Source of the DNA: an uncultured Acidobacteriota bacterium
Lineage (GTDB): Bacteria; Acidobacteriota; UBA6911
Assembly: GCA_963827655.1 (NCBI GenBank)
Contig: CAWHCF010000034.1
Span: forward strand, 64,001 to 128,000
Direction: 5' to 3'
Length of the DNA: 64,000 nt
Positions 21,028 to 33,285 of this stretch are shown here, in pieces. Each line of letters opens with the position of its first letter. Position 1 is the stretch's first letter. The notes under the pieces are model-generated. The model ran no database searches. It was not told the DNA's origin and worked only from the letters and a program-made list of their open reading frames with translations. The position numbers were made by a program, and so were the translations under genes.

Positions 21028-21558
21028 ATGCTCCTGCTGCCCTCGGTGGCTCTTGCGGCCGAAGGCTCCGGCGATAAATGGGGACCCTGGTTAACCATCG
21101 GCCGATTTTTCAATCTGGCGCTGGTTATCGGAGTTGTGGTGTGGGTTGCGCGCAAGCCGCTGGCAAGCTTCTTTGCCGGCCGGACCCAGTCGATTCAGGA
21201 GCAACTGGCAGCCGCGCGCAAGGCCCGGGAAGAAGCCGAGGCCAAGCTCGCGGAGATCGAGTCGCAGATGAGCCATCTCAATGAAGAACTGCGGGACCTG
21301 GAGACCGCGGCGGAGAAAGAGGCCCAGGACGAGTATCAACGTCTTCTGGCTGAGACGCAGCGTGATGCCGATAAGATTGTCGAAAGAGCCCGCCAGGAAA
21401 TCGACGGTCTGACGCGAACCGCCCAGATGGAACTCAAGGCGCACGTGGCGGAATTGTCGGTCCGTCTAGCGGAGGAAGGCATTCGCCGGGAGATTACCGA
21501 CCAGGATCGCGACCGGCTGTTTATGCGGTTTGTCACCAAGCTGGGAGCGAAGCAATGA
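21028..21558 (+). CDS. atpF: ATP synthase F0 subunit b
   Basis: TM RFFNLALVIGVVVWVARKPL plus coiled coil; precedes atpH; an alternative TTG start at 20974 is possible. Confidence 0.9.
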   Translation: MLLLPSVALAAEGSGDKWGPWLTIGRFFNLALVIGVVVWVARKPLASFFAGRTQSIQEQLAAARKAREEAEAKLAEIESQMSHLNEELRDLETAAEKEAQDEYQRLLAETQRDADKIVERARQEIDGLTRTAQMELKAHVAELSVRLAEEGIRREITDQDRDRLFMRFVTKLGAKQ

Positions 21559-22097
21559 TCTCTTCGGCGCTCTTTGCGCGCTACGCGCGCGCCCTGGCGG
21601 ACGTCGTGATGGAGCAACGGCAAGAGCAACAGGTAACGGAGGATCTTGCCGTTTTTCGTGAGATTTTCAGGAGCGTTCCCGACCTGCTGGACGTCTTCGA
21701 CAGTCCGGCGATTCCGCGCGAAGCAAAGGAACGAGTACTGAAGGAGCTGATTGCTCGATACCCCGTCAGCCCGACGACGGCGAACTTCTTGCGCGCTCTC
21801 CTGGGACACAATCGAATTCGCTACTTCCACGAGATCTTCAACTACTACGTCAGGACGATAAACGACCGGAAGGGAATCGTCGCTGCCCAGGTGACCGCCG
21901 CGTCGCCGCTGTCCGAGCCTGACCAGGCCAGCCTTCGCGCCAGTCTTGCCGGCGCTACCAGCCGGACCGTAGTCCTGGACGTTCGCACCGACCCGGATCT
22001 TCTGGGCGGACTGGTCGTGCAAATCGGCAGTACCGTCTACGACGGATCGATCCGGACGCAGCTGACGGAAATGCAGCGCCGGTTACGCGAGAGCTGA
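21555..22097 (+). CDS. atpH: ATP synthase F1 delta subunit
   Basis: ARYARAL, DPDLLGGLVVQIGSTVYDGSIR. Confidence 0.95.
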   Translation: MISSALFARYARALADVVMEQRQEQQVTEDLAVFREIFRSVPDLLDVFDSPAIPREAKERVLKELIARYPVSPTTANFLRALLGHNRIRYFHEIFNYYVRTINDRKGIVAAQVTAASPLSEPDQASLRASLAGATSRTVVLDVRTDPDLLGGLVVQIGSTVYDGSIRTQLTEMQRRLRES

Positions 22098-22162
22098 CCG
22101 CATCAAGGGGCCGCCGCCGCAAGACAGGCGCCCTCGCCTACGTCTAATAACGAAGGGACGTC

Positions 22163-23689
22163 ATGGAAATAAGGGCCGACGAGATCAGCAAGATACTGAG
22201 AGATCAGATCAAGGATTACCAGACCGGGGTCGTCGTGAGCGAAATAGGCACGGTGATTTCGGTCGGGGATGGAATTGCCCGGGTCCATGGACTGGAGAAG
22301 GTGATGGCCGGGGAACTTCTGGATTTTCCCCACGGCGTGAAGGGAATTGCGCTCAACCTGGAAGAAGATAACGTCGGAGTTGTCCTCTTCGGGGAATACA
22401 CGCGTATAGGCGAGGGAGATGTCGTCCAGCGCACCAAGCGAATCATGTCGGTCCCGGTAGGACCGGCGCTCATCGGGAGAGTCGTCAATGCGCTGGGTGA
22501 GCCGCTGGACGACCGCGGACCCATCCCGACTACAGAGTTCGCTCCAATCGAGCGCCTGGCTCCCGGTGTCATAGATCGCCAGCCCGTGAAAGAGCCTCTT
22601 CAAACCGGACTCAAGGCGATCGACGCCATGATTCCCATCGGGCGGGGACAACGGGAGCTGATCATCGGCGATCGCCAGACCGGCAAAACTGCCATCGCAA
22701 TCGACACGATCATCAACCAGAAGAACACGGACGTCATCTCCATCTACGTGGCCATAGGGCAGAAGCGCTCGACCGTGGCGCAGGTGGTCAAGACGCTGGC
22801 GGATTACGATGTTCTAGACCGCACCATCGTGGTGTCGGCCTCAGCCTCCGATCCAGCCACGATGCAGTACATAGCCCCCTATTGTGGCTGCGCCATGGGA
22901 GAGTACTTCCGCGACCGCGGTCAGCACGCGCTGCTGATCTACGACGACCTGTCGAAGCACGCCGCCGCCTATCGCGAAATCTCTCTGTTATTGAGGCGTC
23001 CTCCGGGCCGGGAGGCCTTTCCCGGAGATGTGTTCTACCTCCATTCCCGTCTGCTCGAGCGCGCCGCGAAGCTGAACGCCGCCAACGGCGGGGGTTCCTT
23101 GACGGCGCTTCCTATCATCGAGACTCAGGCCGGCGACATTTCCGCCTATATCCCGACCAACGTCATCTCCATCACCGACGGCCAGATCTTTCTGGAGGCC
23201 GACCTGTTTCACGCCGGCATCCGTCCGGCCGTTCACGTCGGCAACTCGGTAAGCCGCGTGGGGGGAAATGCCCAGATCAAAGCCATGAAGCAGGTGGCAG
23301 GCACCCTGCGGTTGGAACTGGCGCAGTTCCGGGAACTGGCAGCATTCGCACAGTTCGGATCGGAACTGGACAAGGCGACGCAGGCCCAGCTCTTCCGCGG
23401 CGAGCGTTTGACCGAGATCCTGAAGCAGGGCCAATACCAACCGGTGGACGTGATCAAGCAGGTGTTGGTTGTCTTCGCGGGAACTCAGGGTTTAACGGAT
23501 GACCTGAAACTGGAAGAGATCAGTTCGTTCGAGAAGGGATTGTACAGTTTCATGGACAGCGCAAAGAGCTCGCTGTTGCAGCGCCTCGCCAGTGAGAAAG
23601 CCCTGAGTGATCAGTTGCGCGGCGAACTCCTTTCCGCATTGAAGGAATACAAAGAGAAGTTCGTCGCCGAGAAAGCCGTCGCTACCTAG
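22163..23689 (+). CDS. atpA: ATP synthase F1 alpha subunit
   Basis: [30 protein letters not shown]. Confidence 0.99.
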   Translation: MEIRADEISKILRDQIKDYQTGVVVSEIGTVISVGDGIARVHGLEKVMAGELLDFPHGVKGIALNLEEDNVGVVLFGEYTRIGEGDVVQRTKRIMSVPVGPALIGRVVNALGEPLDDRGPIPTTEFAPIERLAPGVIDRQPVKEPLQTGLKAIDAMIPIGRGQRELIIGDRQTGKTAIAIDTIINQKNTDVISIYVAIGQKRSTVAQVVKTLADYDVLDRTIVVSASASDPATMQYIAPYCGCAMGEYFRDRGQHALLIYDDLSKHAAAYREISLLLRRPPGREAFPGDVFYLHSRLLERAAKLNAANGGGSLTALPIIETQAGDISAYIPTNVISITDGQIFLEADLFHAGIRPAVHVGNSVSRVGGNAQIKAMKQVAGTLRLELAQFRELAAFAQFGSELDKATQAQLFRGERLTEILKQGQYQPVDVIKQVLVVFAGTQGLTDDLKLEEISSFEKGLYSFMDSAKSSLLQRLASEKALSDQLRGELLSALKEYKEKFVAEKAVAT

Positions 23690-23751
23690 CCGATTGCGCG
23701 TCTGGTAGCGTGTTGGTGCATCGTCAGACCTTGTAGACGTCACAATTCAAG

Positions 23752-24608
23752 ATGGCAAACGTCCGCGACATCCGAAGGCGAATTCGAAGCGCCAAAAGCA
23801 TTCAGCAGATCACTCGCGCGATGAAATTCGTCTCCGCAGCGAGACTGCGCAAAGCGCAGGACCGGGTCATCGCCGCGCGTCCCTACGCCCAGCAAATGCT
23901 GGCGGTCCTCAATAGCCTGGCAACAAGGGTACGGGAGCGGAGTCATCCACTGCTGGCGCGGCGTGGAGATGAAAAGATTGGACTTGTCATCATCACCGCC
24001 GACCGGGGGTTGTGCGGAGGATACAACACCAACATTCTCAAGCGGGCTACTGAATTCCTGGTCGGGCGCCATGGCAAGTCGGTACACTTGACCGTGCTGG
24101 GGAAACGCGGGAGGGACTTCTTCCGGCGTCGAACTTACGCCGTGCGGCATGAAGCCGTTAGCGTCCTCGAAAAACCGAGCTTCGAAACCGCGGCCGCCAT
24201 TGCCCGCGACGTCATTGAGGAGTTTGAGAAAGGCGCGCACGACCAGGTCTGGCTTTTGTACAACGAGTTCAAGTCGGTGGTGCAGCAGCGGGTCGTGGTG
24301 GAGCCGCTGCTTCCGATCAAGCCTGTCGAGCAGCCGGGCGAGGATACTCATCTGGAGTATCTTTATGATGTGCCTCCGGAAAAGATTCTCAAAAACCTGC
24401 TGCCGCGTTACGTGGAGGCACAGATTTTTCGCGCCCTTCTGGAGGCCGCAGCCTCGGAGCACGGAGCGAGAATGACGGCCATGGATGCTGCCACCAAGAA
24501 TGCCACCGAGATGATTGACAATCTTACGCTGTTTGCCAACAAAGTGCGCCAGGCCGCGATCACGAAGGAGTTGATCGAAGTTGTGAGCGGCGCAGCCGCG
24601 CATGATGT

Positions 24609-24615
<7 letters not shown>
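23752..24615 (+). CDS. atpG: ATP synthase F1 gamma subunit
   Basis: QITRAMKFVSAARL, DRGLCG, RQAAITKELIEVVSGA. Confidence 0.98.
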
Positions 24616-26087
<1,472 letters not shown>

Positions 26088-26132
26088 AGTTCACGGCTAG
26101 AAAGCGCACGCCAACGTCATCGTCACTAATCG

Positions 26133-26160
26133 TCAATCGTCAATCGTAAATCGTCAATCG
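26133..26160. repeat. Right arm of a perfect 28-bp inverted repeat (TCAATCG TCAATCG TAAATCG TCAATCG)
   Basis: Exact reverse complement of 24609-24636; ends 2 nt before the atpC ATG. Confidence 0.9.
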
Positions 26161-26162
26161 GA

Positions 26163-26582
26163 ATGGTTTTGCCGGATCAGATTCAGCTGGAAATCGTGAC
26201 GCCTGAGAAGCGGCTCTTCAGCGGCCGGGTAGACGAAGTAACGGTTCCATCGTCTCGTGGCTACCTTGGAATCCTTCCAGGACATGCGCCCCTTCTCGGA
26301 GAACTCGGCATTGGTGAAATCAGCTGTCGCATGGCGGACCGCCGGGAATATTTCTTTTGCGCCGGAGGTTTTCTTGAAGTCCTGCCGGATCGGGTTGTGA
26401 TTCTGGCGCAGACTGCGGAGAAGGCCTCGGAGATTGACGTGGGTCGCGCAGAGCAAGCCAGGCTCCGCGCCGAGAAGCTGCTGGCTTCGAAGGATCCTGA
26501 TACCGACTTCGATCAAGTCCAGTCGGAGTTGAAGCGCGCTACGGCCCGGCTCGAGACTGCAAGACATCAGCAGCGCAAGTAA
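26163..26582 (+). CDS. atpC: ATP synthase F1 epsilon subunit
   Basis: LEIVTPEK, GYLGILPGHAP, GGFLEV. Confidence 0.97.
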   Translation: MVLPDQIQLEIVTPEKRLFSGRVDEVTVPSSRGYLGILPGHAPLLGELGIGEISCRMADRREYFFCAGGFLEVLPDRVVILAQTAEKASEIDVGRAEQARLRAEKLLASKDPDTDFDQVQSELKRATARLETARHQQRK

Positions 26583-26622
26583 GAGCTTTTCTGGGCGGCT
26601 TCGCGCCTTTGCGGTGACCGGT

Positions 26623-27099
26623 TCAAACCTGGGCAGCGCGCGGTTTGAGAATTGCCACCCCCAGGATCCCTCCCAGGATACCAAAGACCACCGAGACACC
26701 GAACCGGATGACGATTTTGAAGAATAGAGCTACGCCTACAACGGTTCCGAAATGGGTGAAAAAGAACTCCAGAAGAGGCCGGATCTCCTCCGGAGCGTCC
26801 GCCAGGCTGGGGACGGCCCTGCTCAGAAAGGACTGCAGAATCCCGCCGAAGATCAGCGTGACGGGACCGAGCAGCAACCCATAGATCAGGGTCCCGACGA
26901 CCCCGGTCATTACTCCGAGGATGATGCCGTCATTGTTCGTGGGAGGGGTGGGGCTCGAGCTTCGATATACCGCTACCGCGACGATGCTTCCCAGGATAGG
27001 AAAGACGCAGCAGGCAAGATTGAGAATTGGAACAAAAGGGCCGAGGCCTGTGATCAGGCCACCGATCAGTATCGCTCTCCACTTTCCTTCAAGAGCCAC
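26623..27099 (-). CDS. Hypothetical membrane protein (about 4 TM helices)
   Basis: Hydrophobic ORF with Gly-rich TM segments and an NLACC motif. Confidence 0.65.
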   Translation of the reverse strand: MALEGKWRAILIGGLITGLGPFVPILNLACCVFPILGSIVAVAVYRSSSPTPPTNNDGIILGVMTGVVGTLIYGLLLGPVTLIFGGILQSFLSRAVPSLADAPEEIRPLLEFFFTHFGTVVGVALFFKIVIRFGVSVVFGILGGILGVAILKPRAAQV

Positions 27100-27144
27100 G
27101 GGCCCCCGGGGTGGCTGATCACAGCAAGCGGGAACAGTTTACGG

Positions 27145-28239
27145 TTATTTTACGCCGAGCTCTTGGGCAGCCTTGGCGTATCTCCTTTCGACTCCTACCA
27201 GGGTATTGTTGTGCGCGGCCTTGTAAATTCTCTCGAGGCGTTCTTTGGCCTCGTCGGCCGCCTCGCCTTTGAGCACGACCGCCTTGGCAAAAGTGATGAC
27301 CGCCTCTTCCATTAAGTCGTAATTATTCTGCGAGAAGGCGATTTTCTCCTGGCTGAGCCCGATGTAGTAGTAAGGCCAATCGAACTTCTTATCAATAGCC
27401 AGCGCCTGCTCCATGGACTTGATGGCTTCGGTGTACTTATCCTGGTCGTAGTAGTTAACCCCGATGAAGTAATGGCACTCGCGCTTATATGCGGTAAGCT
27501 TCTTGCGCCAATCGGCTTCGGACACACCGTCGGGTTTCTTCGTCGTTTCAAGAGATTTCAACACAAGCTGAGCGGACTCGGCGGCTTTAGCGAAGTTCTT
27601 CTCCTTTAGGAAGGCCTCCTCCATTTTGTCTACGCGAAGATTGAATTCGCCCACCGCATACTTTGGATCCGCGAGGGTTTTCTCTGTCCACTCCTCGTAC
27701 TTGGCCTGATCTCCAATCTTCTTGAAGGTCTGAGCGATTTCATAGGCCATGTCCGCGCTGGGTTTGGCCGCATAGATCTTCTGGCCATACTCTACGAATT
27801 TCTTGTCGTCGCCCAGCCCTTTGGCGGCGTCGGCGATATAAGCCATGCTTCCAAGATCATTGGGTTCGTACTTGAGCCATTGTTCGGCGGCAGGGAGCAG
27901 TTTGGCGTAGTTCTTGTTCTTGTGGTACTCGGCGAGAAGGCTCTTGTAAGAGTGAACGATGTATTGCTGGAGCTTCGACTTGGGATACTTCTCCATGAAG
28001 GCTATCAGAGCCGCCTGGCGCTTGTCCGGGTCGGGCTCCTTGGTCGCCTTCTCGTAGGCATCGTATTCTTCTTCCGTGTACTCTTCCTCTGGTTGTGCCG
28101 GCTGCTGTGCCGGGGCGGGCTTTGGCTTCGGCTGGGTTTGGGGCGGAGTCTGGCTGAAACCCGGCTCTACCGTGGCTGGCGCGATCAATAGACCGACCAG
28201 CAAACCTAAAAAGAAATTTTTATGATGGCTAAGACTCAT
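27145..28239 (-). CDS. Exported tetratricopeptide-repeat protein
   Basis: Signal peptide, Pro/Gln linker, TPR-like helices (YFIGVNYY...AIKSMEQALAID...YYYIGLS). Confidence 0.8.
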   Translation of the reverse strand: MSLSHHKNFFLGLLVGLLIAPATVEPGFSQTPPQTQPKPKPAPAQQPAQPEEEYTEEEYDAYEKATKEPDPDKRQAALIAFMEKYPKSKLQQYIVHSYKSLLAEYHKNKNYAKLLPAAEQWLKYEPNDLGSMAYIADAAKGLGDDKKFVEYGQKIYAAKPSADMAYEIAQTFKKIGDQAKYEEWTEKTLADPKYAVGEFNLRVDKMEEAFLKEKNFAKAAESAQLVLKSLETTKKPDGVSEADWRKKLTAYKRECHYFIGVNYYDQDKYTEAIKSMEQALAIDKKFDWPYYYIGLSQEKIAFSQNNYDLMEEAVITFAKAVVLKGEAADEAKERLERIYKAAHNNTLVGVERRYAKAAQELGVK

Positions 28240-28616
28240 TGGATTTGTGCCCCCCTCTGTGTAGCGACTGCGGGCATTCTAATGGAATGCCAAAATTCAA
28301 ATCAACTATATTCATCCCAAAGTATTCCCTGCGCGATATCCGAAGGCTTTTTGCCTGGTGAGGTTAGGAGCGAAAGCTCCACGCACCATACACGGACTCG
28401 GTTCACCTACGGTTCCTGGAAGATGCCGGATATCGGGAGAAGTTGCACCTCTCCTACGCTTGTTTGAACCCGAGCGATGAAAAAAGGTTCCAACCTTCCC
28501 AGCGACCGAGAACTGGCACTCGGTTCCAGAGCCCTTTTTGACCAGACGAGATTCCAATCCGCCACGAGGCGCTCAGGTTTACGGGCACCGCGCCGCTGGA
28601 CGGCCCCGGAAGGTCC

Positions 28617-28645
28617 TTGAAATCTCCGGATCGATTCTCTAACAT
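28617..28645 (+). promoter_or_regulatory. Sigma70-type promoter of tRNA-Gln
   Basis: TTGAAA-N17-TAACAT, 15 nt before the tRNA. Confidence 0.55.
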
Positions 28646-28660
28646 GAAGCACTTTCGGGT

Positions 28661-28734
28661 TGGGAGATCGTCTAACGGTAGGACGGGTGGCTCTGGACCA
28701 CTTAATCGGGGTTCGAATCCCTGTCTCCCAGCCA
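28661..28734 (+). tRNA. tRNA-Gln (anticodon CTG)
   Basis: TGGGAGA/TCTCCCA acceptor stem, GGTGG-CT-CTG-GA-CCACT anticodon arm, GTTCGAATC T-loop, encoded CCA. Confidence 0.97.
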
Positions 28735-28749
28735 CAACCTCTGCATTCT

Positions 28750-28910
28750 CATAACCCACTGATTAAAGAAAAGTTAGTTTTTCGTACCTTCCTCAAAAAT
28801 CTCCCTCGGGTGCCACTTTGGGTGCCACCTCGCCCTGAGACCAGAGACGTTAGCTTGCTCACAATTTCCCGAAGATGCTGCTGTTCGACCTTTGCATAAG
28901 TGTCGTGAGT
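28750..28910 (-). pseudogene. Possible C-terminal remnant of a tyrosine integrase
   Basis: Minus-strand frame THDTYAKVEQQHLREIVSKL resembles the catalytic-Tyr tail of integrases and points at the tRNA 3' end. Confidence 0.35.
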
Positions 28911-28989
28911 CGCCTGCCTGATGCCTGCCGGGGGCAGATCATTTTCAGCGCTCGACCTTGATGATGCGATCGTTTCTACGGGTCTTCGT

Positions 28990-29620
28990 TACCTGGCCGT
29001 ACAGACACACTGGCCCCAAAATGCAACGGTCTCTTGTAAAACTGGAAGCCGTCTGTGGCGATCAGGGGGACACGTCCAAGATTCATTCGGCTGGTTAGGT
29101 CTTGAAAGAGGGCGAGCGTGTTTCGATAGCTTCGTCTCCCTACGACCGTCGCTGGTCAAAGCCGGGACCAGACCTCAATCGTGGTGAAGTTCCAGATCGG
29201 GTGTTTCTTGCTGCGGACGACCCGCCGAATCTCATCAGCCTGGAAGTTCCGCGATGCCGAGAGTTGCAATTCTTCGATCGTTGAACCGACGACACGAATG
29301 GGCTGCCTTTTCGAGCCATCGAGCGACGGTATTCCAGCAATCTGCTTACCCGTGCGATTGCAGACTTGTCCAGACCCTCTACGCTGAGGATTGCGACTTC
29401 GTCGAAAGTCGAGCGACGGTGTTGGAGTCGATAGTATGGCGTACCGGTGTTCGAGCAGAATGTCTTCGCACAAATCCGGCACACAGATATCGCCGACACT
29501 TCTCGGAGTTGGTCTGGTAGAACCCATGGAGGATGATGCTTCCGGCACCGCCATCTCTCGACAAACGGAAGTTGCGATCGAGCTGCCAACAGTCAACGGC
29601 GGAAGCACCGGGAGTTGAGA
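28990..29620 (-). pseudogene. IS1-family-like transposase, multiply frameshifted
   Basis: Zn-ribbon CRICAKTF, HTH SAIARV...WNTVARW, DDE start QADEIR..., W.FTTIEVWSRLW spread across different frames. Confidence 0.65.
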
Positions 29621-29881
29621 GACTGCGACCCTTCTACGAGTAGCCGACAATTCGTCCAAGTGAACCGAGCCTTTGTAGGAGCCATGGTCCTTTTGGGTGT
29701 AGGATTGGCACTATAGAGACTACGGAGCAGTCCGCGGTACTGCCCCCATTTTTTTCGCAGCTTCAAAGACGCTAAGAATCACCAGGAGGGGTGCGCTTCG
29801 AGGTTTGCTATAATGGCCCGCTATTGGTCGCCGTTTTGAGGCACTGATTTCACCGCGTCTCCGCGTCAGCCGAAACCTCAC

Positions 29882-32614
29882 ATGACGTTGTCCTCTGGAA
29901 CTCGTTTGGGGCCGTACGAAATCTTCTCCGCCATCGCTGCCGGCGGCATGGGCGAAGTGTATCGAGCGCGTGATCTGCGGCTCGGGCGCGACGTGGCGAT
30001 CAAGGCGCTGCCCGCTCTCTCTGTTGCTGATTCGGAGCATGTTGCCCGTTTTCGGCGCGAGGCGCAGATCCTCGCCGCCCTAAACCATCCCCACATCGCC
30101 GCCATCTACGGGCTCGAAGAGGTGAACGGCTCTCAGTTCCTCGTCCTCGAGCTGGTCGAAGGGGACACTCTCGCCCAGCGGCTGAAGGAGGGACCGCTTC
30201 CGCTGTCCGAGGCCTTGACGATCGCGCGCCAGGTGGCCGACGCGCTGGAAGCCGCGCACGAGAAAGGGATCATCCACCGCGATCTGAAGCCGGCCAACAT
30301 CGCTCTGACGACCGACGGCCGCGTGAAGGTCCTCGATTTCGGCCTCGCCAAGGCGCTCGACTCCGATCCGTCGAAAGACCTCTCCAATTCACCCACGGTG
30401 ACCTGGGCCGCGACTCGGGCCGGGGTCATTCTTGGCACGGCTGCCTACATGAGTCCGGAGCAGGCACGAGGGAAGCCCGTCGATAAGCGTACTGACATCT
30501 GGGCCTTCGGCTGTGTCCAGTATGAGATGCTGACGGGCCGGCGCCCGTTCGTTGGACAGACGATCTCCGACACAATCGCCGCGATCCTGGGACAGGAGCC
30601 TGACTGGCCCGCGCTGCCCACGGCGACTCCCGCGCGCGTGCAGTGGCTGATACGCCGATGTCTTGAGAAAGATCCGAAGCGCCGGCTCCACGACATCGCC
30701 GACGCACGGATCGAGCTCGACGAAACGCTGAATCACCCCCCCGAATCCGATCAGGTGGTACTAGCGGGTCTGTCCGCCCCCGTCTCGCGTGGCAGGATGC
30801 GGGAGCGGATCGCCTGGACCATTGCAGGCGTGTGCCTGACCGCGTTGATCGTCGCCTTGGCTTTCGACTGGGCCGGCATTCTCGGTCGGAACGCGGTGGA
30901 CACCCGCCTTTATCAGTCGTCGATTGTTCTTCCCGAGGGTCTACGCCTGGCACGCCATCCGGCGGGACGCTTTGCGCTGTCGCCCGACGGCCGTCGCCTC
31001 GCATTCGTGGCGTCGGATGGCACCGGACAACCGAGGCTGTGGCTGCGTCCGCTGACCATGCTCTACGCCCAGCCGCTCTTGGGAACCGAAGGCGCGGAGT
31101 TCCCATTCTGGTCGCCCGACTCCCGCTTCATCGCGTTCCGGGCGCAAGGGAAGCTGAAGAGGGTCGAGGTCGCCGGCGGCTCGCCCGTCACGTTGTGCAA
31201 CGCGGCCTTTGGCGCCACCGGCGCCTGGAGCCCGGACGACGTTATTCTCTTCACCCCCAAGGGGGAGTCTCCTCTCTATCGTGTGTCGGCGTCAGGCGGC
31301 ACGCCATCCCCCGTCACCACGCTCGACGCGTCGAGCGGGGATTCCCAGCACTCGTACCCCGTCTTCCTCCCCGACGGCAGGCACTTTCTCTATCTCGCGC
31401 TGGGGAGCAAGACAGAGGGTGCTCTCGCCCCGCACGCCGTGTATGTAGGCTCACTAGATCCACAGGAGCCGCGCAAGCTCCTGTTGAGGGGTGGCTCCAA
31501 CGCGAAGTACGCGCAGGGCTATTTGATTTTTCTGCGCGAGAGCACGCTCATGGCGCAGGCGCTTGACCTGAGCCGCCTGGAGCTACGCGGCGAGGCGGTG
31601 CCAGTTGCTGAAAAGACGCAGATTTTCAAAGAAAGTGTGAGCGACGTGACCGGCGCCTTCACCGTATCGGAGACCGGAGTGCTCGCATATCAGGCAGGTC
31701 TGGGTATGGTCTCGGCCGAGCTCGTCTGGTTCGACCGCGCAGGAAAGCAAATCGCCGTGCTTGGAGACCGGGCTGACTACGGAGACGTCTCGCTGTCGCC
31801 CGATAATGCTCGGGCGGCGGTCAGTCTCCTTGATCCGGAGCGGGGGACTCGCGACGTGTGGCTCTACGATGTGGCGCGCGGCCTCCGCCAGCGCTTCACG
31901 TTCGATCCCGGGGACGAGTTCGGGCCGAGTTGGTCGCCTGACGGCGACCTCCTCGTCTTCAGTGCGCGGCGAAAGGCGAGCATCGATCTGTATCAGAAAG
32001 CGTCGAGCGGCGCGGGCAGCGAGAATGTGCTCCTGGAAGCTGGTCTCGGTAAATTTCAGGCCAGCTGGTCTCCGGACGGCCGCTACCTCCTTTACGTGGC
32101 CGGCGGTGCCGCGATACAGAGAAGCGACCTTTGGGTTCTGCCGCTCTTCGGGGAGCGGAAGCCGTTTCCGTTCCTGGAAACGGCGTATGTCGAAACCCAG
32201 GGTCAGTTTTCTCCCGATGGGAGGTGGATCGCATACGCGGCAGGCGAGTTTGGACGATTGGAAGTCTATGTTCTTCCGTTCCGGGGACCGGACGGGGCCC
32301 GCCCGAACGGCAAGCGAGTGTCCACCGCCGGAGGCGGTTGGCCGCGATGGCGGCGCGACGGAAGAGAGATTGTCTACCTGGCGCCCGATAACACACTGGT
32401 TTCCGCAACGGTCAACGGCCAGGCTGCGGAGTTCGAGGTAGTCACTGTGCGACCGCTGTTCAGGGTTCGTCCACGCCCGTTTGTACGACAGGATGCCTAT
32501 GCCTATGACGTCTCGTCCGACGGTAAGCGCTTTCTCGTCAACACGCTCGTCGAAGACGCGCCGTCGACGCCCATCACGCTCGTCGTGAACTGGACGACTG
32601 GACTCAAGAAATGA
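29882..32614 (+). CDS. Hanks-type Ser/Thr protein kinase with TM and PD40/TolB-like beta-propeller
   Basis: GGMGEVY, VAIK, HRDLKPAN, DFGLAK, YMSPEQ; repeated (W/F/L)SPDG motifs. Confidence 0.95.
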   Translation: MTLSSGTRLGPYEIFSAIAAGGMGEVYRARDLRLGRDVAIKALPALSVADSEHVARFRREAQILAALNHPHIAAIYGLEEVNGSQFLVLELVEGDTLAQRLKEGPLPLSEALTIARQVADALEAAHEKGIIHRDLKPANIALTTDGRVKVLDFGLAKALDSDPSKDLSNSPTVTWAATRAGVILGTAAYMSPEQARGKPVDKRTDIWAFGCVQYEMLTGRRPFVGQTISDTIAAILGQEPDWPALPTATPARVQWLIRRCLEKDPKRRLHDIADARIELDETLNHPPESDQVVLAGLSAPVSRGRMRERIAWTIAGVCLTALIVALAFDWAGILGRNAVDTRLYQSSIVLPEGLRLARHPAGRFALSPDGRRLAFVASDGTGQPRLWLRPLTMLYAQPLLGTEGAEFPFWSPDSRFIAFRAQGKLKRVEVAGGSPVTLCNAAFGATGAWSPDDVILFTPKGESPLYRVSASGGTPSPVTTLDASSGDSQHSYPVFLPDGRHFLYLALGSKTEGALAPHAVYVGSLDPQEPRKLLLRGGSNAKYAQGYLIFLRESTLMAQALDLSRLELRGEAVPVAEKTQIFKESVSDVTGAFTVSETGVLAYQAGLGMVSAELVWFDRAGKQIAVLGDRADYGDVSLSPDNARAAVSLLDPERGTRDVWLYDVARGLRQRFTFDPGDEFGPSWSPDGDLLVFSARRKASIDLYQKASSGAGSENVLLEAGLGKFQASWSPDGRYLLYVAGGAAIQRSDLWVLPLFGERKPFPFLETAYVETQGQFSPDGRWIAYAAGEFGRLEVYVLPFRGPDGARPNGKRVSTAGGGWPRWRRDGREIVYLAPDNTLVSATVNGQAAEFEVVTVRPLFRVRPRPFVRQDAYAYDVSSDGKRFLVNTLVEDAPSTPITLVVNWTTGLKK

Positions 32615-32879
32615 ATCGGCCTGTGCCGGCATCGAAGCCTCGATGAAAATCTGGCAAAAGCGCTCCATCGCGGTTCGCGGCTCTGATGAATACTGGGCTC
32701 GCCGCATTCCATACCAAGTGAGACCTAAAGAGGCGAAGAATCACGAAGAGCGGGCCCTTCAAGGTGGGATTCAAGCAGTGACGGAGAAGAAGTTGCTGTA
32801 AATCACGAGCGCATATAGAACGTGCGCGGCTCTGGATTGCCCACCTGTAGCCACATAGCGTTTCAGAAACCGCTCTCCG

Positions 32880-33268
32880 ACGCTGATTCTCAGCCCGACA
32901 AACCAGCGGAACAGGAGGTTGTACTCCAATTGCTCAATCAGCAGGCGCTCACTGCGAATCGAGTACAGTGCCTGCAGCAGCAGTGCACGAATCAGTTTCT
33001 CTGGAGCTACCGACGGCCTTCCAGTACGCGAATAGAGTTTCGCGAACTGCAGCGACATGCCTCGCAATGCTTCGTCGACCATCGTGCGAACCGATCGCAA
33101 CGGGTGATCCTGCGGCACGCGCTTCTCCGGAGAGATGTAACTGAACATCCAGCCCTGCTGTTCGTCGCTTCCTCGCATGACATCGGCCTCCTGCAAAGAA
33201 ATACGATGTTCAGGTTTTTCCGGTTTCATATTCATGCATTCGAACCGAGTTTTTCAGCATCCTGTTAG
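32880..33268 (-). mobile_element. IS5-family element, left end plus truncated transposase 5' part
   Basis: MRGSDEQQGWMFSYISPEKRVPQDHPLR...YSRTGRPS...RSERLLIEQLEYNLLFRWFVGL; terminus CTAA-CAGGATGCTGAAAAA. Confidence 0.85.
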
Positions 33269-33285
33269 AGCTATGGGAGGCAAAG

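Noticed and set aside
22135-23742. Inverted repeat around atpA analogous to the one around atpD
   Set aside because: Only a 7-bp match (ACGTCTA/TAGACGT), within chance expectation.
28660-28899. ORFs overlapping the tRNA
   Set aside because: The sequence folds as a canonical tRNA-Gln; the ORFs are incidental.
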